This document shows positions 20,416 to 28,678 of a stretch of 64,000 nt of DNA, in pieces; position 1 is the first letter of the stretch; each line of letters begins with the position of its first letter. Where the stretch lies: the IMG/VR virus record IMGVR_UViG_3300023184_000027, positions 124,001 through 188,000 of that record; one strand, 5' to 3'. The position numbers were made by a program, and so were the translations under genes. Below the pieces are notes generated by a model, which worked only from the letters and a program-made list of their open reading frames with translations, had not been told where the DNA came from and did not search any database.

Positions 20416-20555
20416 TTTAAATTGTTTTTAATTTTATTTTATTTTATTGTTATTCTTATAAATATCGTCAATTAAAATTTTTTCTATTTACTTTTAAAAC
20501 TTTAAAAATTATAATTAAGCATAACTAACTAGATTTTTATTACTAGTTTTTTTAT

Positions 20556-21377
20556 TTAATATTCTTTTTTTATTCCTCCCGCTGTTGAATAAGTCTTAAT
20601 TATGTTTTCTGGTTCTTTTTCAAAATGTTTTTTTACTACATCAACATTTTTTATATCATCATCTGAAAATCCTACTTTAGGTATAAAATAATTGCTTATC
20701 TTATTTTTTAAAAATGCTTTTTTCTGGATATGATTAGAAACTTTTTTAACATATTCTACAAATTCTTTTAATGCCTTAATTTTACCTTCTTCTGGGTTGA
20801 CAGCAGAACCCTCACCAAAAGTCACCGGGTAAAACTTACATAAATTTAAATATTCCCTAATCATCTCACTTTTAGAGATTTCTTCTTCATCAGCCAAGTC
20901 TCTATATTTTTCTAAATTTTTTATTAATTCTTCAGAATCAATTCCGTTAAAATTAGAAACAATATAGTTATAACAACCCTCTTTAAGTACTGACGGAGTA
21001 TGTCCCCTAGCAGTCACGATTGAAAAAATCGACCCATTGTTAATTGCTTCTGCAAAATCAGGCCAAGCTGGTCCTGGTTTAGCTAACATAGCATCGACAA
21101 TAAATTGTTTATCACCTTTTATACCAAAATATCTAAATGGTTCATCAGCAAACCCAACAATTTTATGTTCATCATAATCAAACGGTTCTTTACCAATTTG
21201 TTCTCTATATTCCGCAAAATCTTCAGTTGACATACCTACCTCATCACCGTCCTCATCTTTTAATATGATTTTAGTTGGCATAGATACAATATTGTCGTCC
21301 CAATCAAATGCGTAGTATTTTTCATCAGGGGCTCCTGTTTCATCAATACCTTCTATTAATTTTCTATTTTTTAACAT
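20556..21377 (-). CDS. HAD-superfamily phosphatase-like protein
   Basis: Motif I YAFDWDDNI, motif II IVTARGH, a Lys (GKIKAL) and motif IV GFSDDD. Confidence 0.7.
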   Translation of the reverse strand: MLKNRKLIEGIDETGAPDEKYYAFDWDDNIVSMPTKIILKDEDGDEVGMSTEDFAEYREQIGKEPFDYDEHKIVGFADEPFRYFGIKGDKQFIVDAMLAKPGPAWPDFAEAINNGSIFSIVTARGHTPSVLKEGCYNYIVSNFNGIDSEELIKNLEKYRDLADEEEISKSEMIREYLNLCKFYPVTFGEGSAVNPEEGKIKALKEFVEYVKKVSNHIQKKAFLKNKISNYFIPKVGFSDDDIKNVDVVKKHFEKEPENIIKTYSTAGGIKKEY

Positions 21378-21396
21378 ATGTTTTTGTATGGCTATA

Positions 21397-21430
21397 TTAC
21401 AACCGACCGGAATTCACCGGTCAGTCATAA
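21397..21430 (-). other. RNA stem-loop downstream of the sheath gene
   Basis: Minus strand UUAUGACUGACCGG-UGAAUU-CCGGUCGGUUGUAA is a 14-bp stem with G-U pairs; no U-tract follows. Confidence 0.6.
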
Positions 21431-21439
21431 CAATTTTAA

Positions 21440-24400
21440 TTATATATTCTCAAAAGAAGCTCCGGTTGGAGTAATATAGAATGTGATATCTATAAATTCT
21501 AATGATTTGGTTGGTTTGATATAAATCTTACCAGTCATTTGATTTCTGTCTAAATCAGCAGCATCTGATGATACTGTTACACGGAAATCATATAAACCTC
21601 TATCTCTTCTGATAGCATCCAAAATAGGGTTAACAGCGTCCAAGAAGTCTTGTCTTACTTTAGCGTCGTTTTGTTCAAACAATAATCTTACAGATACCGC
21701 AGAAATCAATTTACGAGCTTGAAGTAATAATCTTCTAACATTGATTCTATCTAAAGCCGATTGTCTTACTTGAAGAGTTTTATTACCCCAAATTACAGTA
21801 CCAACATCAGAGAAAGTAGCAATTGGGTTAATACGACCTTGATAAAGTGTATCTCTATCTTCTTGGGTTAGTTTACGTCTCGCTTTAACCGCATTTACAA
21901 TACCTCTTGTGTAACCCGCCGCAGCGAACCAAGGGAAAGCAATGTTATCAGTTAATGCTAAATTTCTCGTAACCTCAGCCGTTGCCGGTAAGTAGATTTG
22001 AGTATTGTTAACACTATCTCTTGTTAATACCCAAGGGTAGTAAGTTGCCGTGTAATTAGAATCTACACCTATTTGGTCTAAATTATCCACAGCTTCTTGA
22101 GGGTAGATTAAATCTAATTGGTCTCCGGTAGAAGGTACAAACATATTGTAATCAGGAGTTGTTGTAATATACAACGAATCCGCTCTATCATTCTCAATCA
22201 TATCAATAGCACTTTCAACTAAATCTGAATTGTTAAGATAATCAATACCCGGTGTTACAAAAACATTGATGTTAACCGCCTCAGGATTAGAAAATGTCAT
22301 TTGTCCTAATTTATATGCGTAATAATCAGTGTTACCATAATCTTGAGTATTGTCCCCAACTGTAATTTGTTTAAATGCTCCCCAACCTGTTGCTGTAGGA
22401 TATTTAATCGAAGGACAAGAACCGTGTAAGTAACCATTTCTACCTAATACAAACGTATCACCATTTGTTCTGTGTTCTCTGTAGATATCCCACCCGTCAA
22501 AACCTCCTTGAACAAGGAGACTGAATTTACGAGAATATAGTCTATAGTAAGGACTTGATTCGTTATCAGGGTCTTTAGTGAATGTTGCATCTCCAACATA
22601 GAATGCTGGTGTACCACTTGTTGCAAAAGCATTAGGAATTAAGATACTATTAGCGTCTTTATCCATGTGGAAACCTTTAGTTCTTGTTGACCAATCATCA
22701 CCTGTGATATCATTACAAACATCTAACGGAAGTTGTTTACCTTTATAACCAAAGAAATCAGCATCAATACCAATACTATCAGATATACCAAGATAAGTTC
22801 TTCTTACATTGTCACCACCACTTCTAGTTGCGTCATCCGCTCCTGAACCTAATCCAAATGGGGGGTTATAAACAACCTCACCAGGATAATCGTATTTAGT
22901 TTTCATAATCGGGAATGGTGATTTAACACCTGCGTAATCTCTAGAATTAAACCCTAAAAATCCACAAGGAAGAGCGTCCATTGGGGCATCTTCGTTAATC
23001 TCAATCATAACATATTTTGAATTTAATTCGTACTCACCATCCATAGTACCAATTTTCTTAGCAATGAATGAATTGTCGTTTATATTCATATTACAATTTG
23101 TAAATTTCTCAAGAACAACAGGTGCACTATCTGAATCATAAAAATCTCTAACTAACACATCAAAAGTTCCATTGTTAAATGAAATATTTGCGATAGATAT
23201 TTTAACCTCTGTGTTAGCAGCTTCACCATCAGCGATTGTTGTAAATTTAAATAAGTTGTAAACTTTATTACCTCTTAATTCAGATACAACCCAAGGAGAT
23301 GTTGGTGATTGATATTTTTCTAAGTACCAAGCGATTGATGTTGGGTCATTTTGTTGTCTAGCATTAGGTAATGCTGTTAATTGACAATTTAAACCTCTAA
23401 TATACCCTTTTCTATATCCGTATGTTAATAATGTTTGATATCTCTCTTCTACATACAATGGAACTGTTGTTCTTGGTTTTGCAAAATTGGACGAACCAAA
23501 TACTTTACTAATATATTTAGAATCAGAATTTTGGAATGAGGTTTCAAAGAAATATGACTCACCATCTTTATTAGTAACATTTAAACCAAAAGTAGAATAT
23601 GGGTTTTTAGTAATTCCTGAATAAACTGAAGTACAATCTATGGAAACATCTGTTAAACCAGATACTTCATAAACAGCTCCGTCATCACTACCGTAAGTAG
23701 CTAATCCTCTTGAACGAAGTGTTGCAATAACTAAATCGTCAAAATCAGTATAAGCCATTCCTGAATAAACATAAATTTCACCTACAACTGAACCTGAATA
23801 ACAAGATTTAGTTGTACCTGTGTTAGGTGTTCCAGTATTACCAGCAATATTAACATTACAAGGTACTACAGTTTCAACACAAACAGTCCAAGTAGTTGTA
23901 ACACTTTCATCTTCTGAAAGTAAATTATAAGATAAACATCCACTTGAAAAATCGTTAGCCGTATGTCCACTAATTTGATTTGTCAAAATTGACACATTTC
24001 CTGCACAAGTATTGAACCCACAAACAATTTTTGATAAGTCTACACCTACCGGAACGACAACGTCTATTCTATTTGTGTTATAATTAATACTACCAATTGT
24101 TGTAGCACTTAAACTTGATATAACAATTTTTGCATCACTATGAATTCCTTGTATTATAGTGATTGTGTCACCAACTTGATACCCCGTCCCTGGTGAATTA
24201 ATCGTTACTCCGGTAATCACATTACTAACATTAACTGCAACATTAACCGTTAAACCAGTTCCGTAAGTACTACCTGATGTTGTACCACTTCCTGCGGAAT
24301 ATCCTGTTCCACCTGATAATGAACCAGTGTTAAAACCTGAAACATATCCGCCAACACTAAATCCAAAGAAAGTAGCACAAGTTGATGAGGTAAATGTTGG

Positions 24401-25240
24401 AACAATAGTGTCTATAACACCATAAAAAGACGAACCCGTATATGAACCACCACCAATATTGTCAAACAATGAATAATACCAAGGGTCGTTTTGTGGTGCT
24501 GTGTAATCAGCTAAATCTGAACTAACATTTTCAACACCAAAAACATTTGTTGATGCTGTATATGATGTTAATCCTGAATAACTACTTGTTGGTATTGTAC
24601 CAAAATATGAAATACCTGAATACGAATCGCCATAATTGGTAATTGAGTTAAATATTAAATTATTAATATCTGAACGAAGAGTTGAGATGCTACCGTTAAA
24701 TAATTCATAAGGTAAATCTATTCTATCTGTTATGAAATCTTGTAAATTATCTCCAGTATCAGTTATAGATGATAAACTATCATTACAACCTGAAAAGTCA
24801 TAATGATACACATATGTTTCATAACTATCACAACCATCAACACAATCAACTATTGTTGGAACATCACAATAAAAATCTATTGTGGTTGGGTCTACATTTG
24901 CTTTTGTTGTGATTGACCAAGATGGTCCCGCATCATATCCGGAAAGACCTAAAACTCTAGTTACAAATAATTGATTAGATTGTTGTAAATATGCTTTAGC
25001 GATATAGGACGCCTCATACTTTGGTATTTGTGTGTTTATAAATTTTTCAGGGGAAGTTCCTCCAAAATACGCCGAGAATTCATCAAAATTTCGTATAAAA
25101 ATAGGTTCGAAGGCTGGACCTTTTAAGGTTTCACCAACAATACCTAATGTAGTTACACCCACACTTTGGGCTACGAAACTTAAATCAACTTCAGAAGTAT
25201 ATACTCCAGGAGATACGAATACTTTACTGTTTGATGCCAT
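21440..25240 (-). CDS. Contractile tail sheath protein (gp18-like) with large inserted domains
   Basis: N-terminal FVSPGVYTSEVDLS...GPAFEP; C-terminal YYPW...PWFAAAGYTRG...INPI...WGNKTLQ...LDRINVRRLL...FEQND...IKPTKSLEFIDITF. Confidence 0.96.
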   Translation of the reverse strand: MASNSKVFVSPGVYTSEVDLSFVAQSVGVTTLGIVGETLKGPAFEPIFIRNFDEFSAYFGGTSPEKFINTQIPKYEASYIAKAYLQQSNQLFVTRVLGLSGYDAGPSWSITTKANVDPTTIDFYCDVPTIVDCVDGCDSYETYVYHYDFSGCNDSLSSITDTGDNLQDFITDRIDLPYELFNGSISTLRSDINNLIFNSITNYGDSYSGISYFGTIPTSSYSGLTSYTASTNVFGVENVSSDLADYTAPQNDPWYYSLFDNIGGGSYTGSSFYGVIDTIVPTFTSSTCATFFGFSVGGYVSGFNTGSLSGGTGYSAGSGTTSGSTYGTGLTVNVAVNVSNVITGVTINSPGTGYQVGDTITIIQGIHSDAKIVISSLSATTIGSINYNTNRIDVVVPVGVDLSKIVCGFNTCAGNVSILTNQISGHTANDFSSGCLSYNLLSEDESVTTTWTVCVETVVPCNVNIAGNTGTPNTGTTKSCYSGSVVGEIYVYSGMAYTDFDDLVIATLRSRGLATYGSDDGAVYEVSGLTDVSIDCTSVYSGITKNPYSTFGLNVTNKDGESYFFETSFQNSDSKYISKVFGSSNFAKPRTTVPLYVEERYQTLLTYGYRKGYIRGLNCQLTALPNARQQNDPTSIAWYLEKYQSPTSPWVVSELRGNKVYNLFKFTTIADGEAANTEVKISIANISFNNGTFDVLVRDFYDSDSAPVVLEKFTNCNMNINDNSFIAKKIGTMDGEYELNSKYVMIEINEDAPMDALPCGFLGFNSRDYAGVKSPFPIMKTKYDYPGEVVYNPPFGLGSGADDATRSGGDNVRRTYLGISDSIGIDADFFGYKGKQLPLDVCNDITGDDWSTRTKGFHMDKDANSILIPNAFATSGTPAFYVGDATFTKDPDNESSPYYRLYSRKFSLLVQGGFDGWDIYREHRTNGDTFVLGRNGYLHGSCPSIKYPTATGWGAFKQITVGDNTQDYGNTDYYAYKLGQMTFSNPEAVNINVFVTPGIDYLNNSDLVESAIDMIENDRADSLYITTTPDYNMFVPSTGDQLDLIYPQEAVDNLDQIGVDSNYTATYYPWVLTRDSVNNTQIYLPATAEVTRNLALTDNIAFPWFAAAGYTRGIVNAVKARRKLTQEDRDTLYQGRINPIATFSDVGTVIWGNKTLQVRQSALDRINVRRLLLQARKLISAVSVRLLFEQNDAKVRQDFLDAVNPILDAIRRDRGLYDFRVTVSSDAADLDRNQMTGKIYIKPTKSLEFIDITFYITPTGASFENI

Positions 25241-25334
25241 TTTTTTTGTTGTTTTTATTTGTTAATTTATTTTTATTGATAAATATTCTGAAAAAAAACA
25301 AAAGACTTTACTTTGTGCTAACTATTTATATTTT

Positions 25335-25365
25335 AGGTAGACTTTTTTCTACCTTTTTTCTACCT
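25335..25365 (+). promoter_or_regulatory. Putative operator: three TCTACCT boxes (one inverted, two direct at 11-bp spacing)
   Basis: AGGTAGA at 25335-25341, TCTACCT at 25348-25354 and 25359-25365, the last abutting the ATG of the RHH-like gene. Confidence 0.5.
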
Positions 25366-25530
25366 ATGGATAAAGACATTAAAAAGATTAAAAATTTGAA
25401 GATTTCTGTGGAAACCCACGAAATTCTTAAAACTTATTGTGAAAAAAAGGGTATTAAAATGTACCGGTTTTTGGAAAGATTAATTGTTGAGAAATGCTCA
25501 CCTAAAAAGGATATCTATGGTGAGGACTAA
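25366..25530 (+). CDS. Small ribbon-helix-helix-like DNA-binding protein (54 aa)
   Basis: MDKDIKKIKNLKISVETHEILKTYCEKKGIKMYRFLERLI fits the RHH pattern (alternating beta-strand, helix, G turn, helix). ATG 25366 is preferred over the track start at 25231. Confidence 0.7.
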   Translation: MDKDIKKIKNLKISVETHEILKTYCEKKGIKMYRFLERLIVEKCSPKKDIYGED

Positions 25531-26564
25531 ATTAAGTGGTTTTCTAATGTAATTGACCCCTCTTTAGTGTTGTCTTTTTTGACCACAACAATTTTTAAAA
25601 CATCATTTGTATTGATTTGTATTTGAGGTAAATCAGACCCATAATATTCATTATTAATGAACACATCAAACGACTCAATGTTAATTGATTTACCCAAATT
25701 TAAGTCTGCTGTATAATCAAAAATTTGTGAAATAATATTATTATTTTCAGTAAATAAAACATTTAAAGTTGTGCTACTTGGATTTGAATTTAATTTTTTT
25801 TGTTTTTTTGTTGTGTTTTTATCAAGTTCCACGACCTGTAATAATCTAGAAATTGCAGGAGAAACTTCAAATTCATTTTCATCAATTAAAAAACCAAGTA
25901 AGGTAAATTCATAACTTTGAATGTAGTATTTTCTTTTTTCAAGTTCCATAACAGATTCGTCCGATATGTTTCCCATAACGATTGGAATGTAATGTCCTTT
26001 GATTGATGTATAGGCTTGTTTTGACGCAAACTTCTCAAGTACATTTTTATTAAACTCGTTTAATTCCCTCATTCTATTACAAATTATTTTTACAACAAAT
26101 GAAATATCAACAGGAACTGGTTGAGGTATTTTATATACATCCGACCCGTGTCTTTGTCCGTCCCAAGTTGGTACTTGAGCGTAAAAGAATTGTTTTCTGT
26201 TTGGTATGTTATAAACTATTGCAGGATTTGTACCATATTTAACTTCGGGTACTCTAACCACGGTTATAAATGGGGTCTCAACATTTTTATCTATATTTTG
26301 TAAATTCCAAGTTTCTGTGAATTGTGACCAATTTTGTGTTGTTACCAAAATATCAACCATTGATATAGTTTTACCCTCAACAACGGTTTTTAAATCATTT
26401 TTAACAAAATCTAAAAACCCCCTATCCAAATCCGCATGTAAAATTGATTTTGGTAGGAAAGTTCCGTCTTTATTAATTTTATCCAAAAGTTCTTCTCTTC
26501 TTGGTAGAAGAGTTTTTGAGGATGTTAACGGAATATGTTTTTTTATTTTGTTTGGTAATGGCAT
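25527..26564 (-). CDS. Tail terminator / sheath stabiliser-like protein (gp15-like)
   Basis: P.ITV.R...IPQPVPVDISFVVKI...MRELNEF pattern; adjacent to the sheath and neck genes. Confidence 0.6.
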   Translation of the reverse strand: MPLPNKIKKHIPLTSSKTLLPRREELLDKINKDGTFLPKSILHADLDRGFLDFVKNDLKTVVEGKTISMVDILVTTQNWSQFTETWNLQNIDKNVETPFITVVRVPEVKYGTNPAIVYNIPNRKQFFYAQVPTWDGQRHGSDVYKIPQPVPVDISFVVKIICNRMRELNEFNKNVLEKFASKQAYTSIKGHYIPIVMGNISDESVMELEKRKYYIQSYEFTLLGFLIDENEFEVSPAISRLLQVVELDKNTTKKQKKLNSNPSSTTLNVLFTENNNIISQIFDYTADLNLGKSINIESFDVFINNEYYGSDLPQIQINTNDVLKIVVVKKDNTKEGSITLENHLI

Positions 26565-26566
26565 CT

Positions 26567-27001
26567 TTATTTTGTTATAAAAATTTTATTTTTTAAATTA
26601 ATCATTTCCACTTCATTGGCGTGAAATATAGGTTCTTCGGTGTCTTTCATAACATAAGAATTATACTTGTATGGGTTGTAGGTGACAATATTATTGTTAG
26701 GTTCTTCTGGTAAATTCTCACAAGGGAATATACAATAGTCCATTAAAGTTCCGATAACAAATGAATGTACGTTTTTTCTTTTTTCTTTTAAAACTTTTTC
26801 TCTACCACCGGGTCTAACTCTAAACTCAACATCTTTTAATTTAACATAATCGGCATGAAATATAACTAAACTTTTGTATATAATAGAAAATGTTTGTTTA
26901 TGTAGGTTATAATAAAGCATAACTTTTTTACCGATATAATCGTTATCTGAATAATTTTCAAATAATCTTTTTGATTGAGATTCTGTTATTAATATTTTCA
27001 T
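26567..27001 (-). CDS. Hypothetical phage protein with MKILITE leader
   Basis: MKILITESQ leader followed by YYNLHK...GREKVLKEKRKNVHSFV...VTYNPYK. Confidence 0.8.
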   Translation of the reverse strand: MKILITESQSKRLFENYSDNDYIGKKVMLYYNLHKQTFSIIYKSLVIFHADYVKLKDVEFRVRPGGREKVLKEKRKNVHSFVIGTLMDYCIFPCENLPEEPNNNIVTYNPYKYNSYVMKDTEEPIFHANEVEMINLKNKIFITK

Positions 27002-27405
27002 TATTCGTAATATGCTGATACCGATTTAACCGGTAAATTAAATTTATCTTCAACCCATTTTTTCATAGGTTCTCTCCAACTACTTCCAAACATATTGTCT
27101 AAATGTTCACCATATTCACCCCATACCTCTACAATTGGTGCCCTGTCTTTATGTGGTTTACTTGATGGTTCATCACTATAGTAATCAACATTAAGATAAT
27201 TAAATACAATATCAGAATAATCTTCACCAGCCCAAGTACCACCTTTATAAAAATGTAAAAGGTTTTCATCTTCAGGATTTTCCTGCCAATCGTCACCGTC
27301 GTAATTTGAACCATAGACCCAATCAATTTCATTTGAGTCTAAATAACCATCAATATACTTATATATTGAATCAAATAATTTACTTTCTGTTATTAATATT
27401 TTCAT
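27001..27405 (-). CDS. Acidic hypothetical protein with MKILITE leader (paralog of 27405..27794)
   Basis: Shares the leader and C-terminus (NMFG..W.EPMK.W..D.F.LPVK) with the neighbouring gene. Confidence 0.8.
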   Translation of the reverse strand: MKILITESKLFDSIYKYIDGYLDSNEIDWVYGSNYDGDDWQENPEDENLLHFYKGGTWAGEDYSDIVFNYLNVDYYSDEPSSKPHKDRAPIVEVWGEYGEHLDNMFGSSWREPMKKWVEDKFNLPVKSVSAYYE

Positions 27406-27794
27406 TAGTCGGCTACGATTGTTTTTACTGGTAAATCAAAGTTATCTTTAAACCACTCTTTCATAGGTTCTACCCAATAATTTCCAAACATATTGGTTAA
27501 TTTTTCATAATCAGTAACAATTAATATTGGTGTCTTTTCTCTAAAAGATTTATTTGAATGTTTATCACTATAATATTCCTTTTGAATATATGCAAAAGCA
27601 ACACCATCTTGGTCGTAATCACCTTCATATATATGATAAAAATACTCTCGTATATATGGGTTTTCCTCATCATCATATTCATCATCATTCCATGTGGTTG
27701 GATGAAAATAATCTATGTTACTTACATCAAAAGTATCTTCAAGATAATTATATATTGTTCTATATAATTTATTTTCTGTTATTAATATTTTCAT
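27405..27794 (-). CDS. Acidic hypothetical protein with MKILITE leader (paralog of 27001..27405)
   Basis: Same shared leader and C-terminus; translationally coupled through TAATG. Confidence 0.8.
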   Translation of the reverse strand: MKILITENKLYRTIYNYLEDTFDVSNIDYFHPTTWNDDEYDDEENPYIREYFYHIYEGDYDQDGVAFAYIQKEYYSDKHSNKSFREKTPILIVTDYEKLTNMFGNYWVEPMKEWFKDNFDLPVKTIVAD

Positions 27795-28306
27795 TATAGA
27801 CCTCTAAATTCATTATTCATTACCGGTGAAGCAATAATACTACGATAAAAAGGTTTATACCCCCCGATTGTGTGTTTATTATCTGAAGTCACCCTTCCAT
27901 CATTATTTACCGTATAGTATCTTACTTTATCCTCCGTTTCGTAGTATCCGATATAATCACCATAATTAATATCCACATCTAATTCTTCCAAATCTCTTTG
28001 ATAAACAGAAAGTTTCATATTACCCGGCTCCATTTGGTCTAATTTTGATGTCCCCAAATATTTGTTCTCGGGAGCCAAAATTTGGACATAACCTTTGAGT
28101 TCAACGGGAGGGTGAAACTTAATACTATCAACTGACGCCTCTCCGTAAATGTCGTCTGTCTTGGTTTTGTATCTATCAATACGATATAGAACCACGGTAA
28201 AATTCATGTCTCCGTGTAACCATTCTTGACCGAATGAAACCTCTAAATTAAAATCTTCGGCTCCAAAGAACTTTCCAATTCTTGTGATGGGCACTTTATT
28301 ATTCAT
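27794..28306 (-). CDS. Head-closure / neck protein (gp14-like)
   Basis: VVLYRID...DDIYGEA...PVEL...INYGDYI...YYTV fits a head-closure beta-barrel; neck gene neighbourhood. Confidence 0.55.
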   Translation of the reverse strand: MNNKVPITRIGKFFGAEDFNLEVSFGQEWLHGDMNFTVVLYRIDRYKTKTDDIYGEASVDSIKFHPPVELKGYVQILAPENKYLGTSKLDQMEPGNMKLSVYQRDLEELDVDINYGDYIGYYETEDKVRYYTVNNDGRVTSDNKHTIGGYKPFYRSIIASPVMNNEFRGL

Positions 28307-28628
28307 ATTGTTTTCGTCTTTTGTATTCGGATTCCGAACGAGTACCTGAATTATTAATTATAACATTAACACCAAAATAATTTTTTATGGTCTTTTGTAT
28401 TTCATTATTCCACCCACTTCTGTAATTTACGGGAATTGCTCGAGTATTTGGATTAACTTTCAGATATTTACTATCGTCAGGAACAACATATGTTACCCTC
28501 ATATAATATTCGTCACCAGTATCATCAGTAGGTTCTAATGTATAAATAAGTTCAGACACACCATTAGGTTTAATGTGTTTTATCGTTTTATTTATTAATT
28601 TGTCTAATATCTCTTGTCTCATTCTCAT
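28299..28628 (-). CDS. Hypothetical protein
   Basis: 109-aa ORF, first in its operon, with a TATTTAT motif upstream. Confidence 0.7.
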   Translation of the reverse strand: MRMRQEILDKLINKTIKHIKPNGVSELIYTLEPTDDTGDEYYMRVTYVVPDDSKYLKVNPNTRAIPVNYRSGWNNEIQKTIKNYFGVNVIINNSGTRSESEYKRRKQYE

Positions 28629-28631
28629 ATC

Positions 28632-28660
28632 TTGATAAATATTATAAAATATGTTATATT
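28632..28660 (+). promoter_or_regulatory. Sigma70-like promoter of the SNF2 helicase
   Basis: TTGATA (28632-28637), 17-nt spacer, TATATT (28655-28660), in the divergent intergenic gap. Confidence 0.5.
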
Positions 28661-28678
28661 TCTACTAAAAGAATAAAA

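Larger units (their letters stand above)
26981..27796 (-). repeat. Three identical 23-nt direct repeats at gene junctions (TAATGAAAATATTAATAACAGAA)
   Basis: Exact copies at 26981-27003, 27385-27407 and 27774-27796. Each is a stop/start overlap (TAATG) plus codons for MKILITE. Confidence 0.9.

Noticed and set aside
5327-25240. Bacterial contractile injection system/tailocin, or a eukaryotic giant virus
   Set aside because: The tail genes are linked to neck proteins and to phage DNA polymerase, SSB, RecA and helicase genes, with bacterial-type promoters and terminators; this fits a tailed phage.
25231-25365. N-terminal extension of the track ORF 25231..25530
   Set aside because: It overlaps the sheath start and the promoter/operator region and translates as low-complexity F/L; the RHH-like domain starts at ATG 25366.
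26981-27796. CRISPR array interpretation of the 23-nt repeats (or of the 72-nt LRR repeats)
   Set aside because: Spacing is ~400 nt and consists of intact ORFs; the LRR repeats are degenerate and coding; no cas genes.
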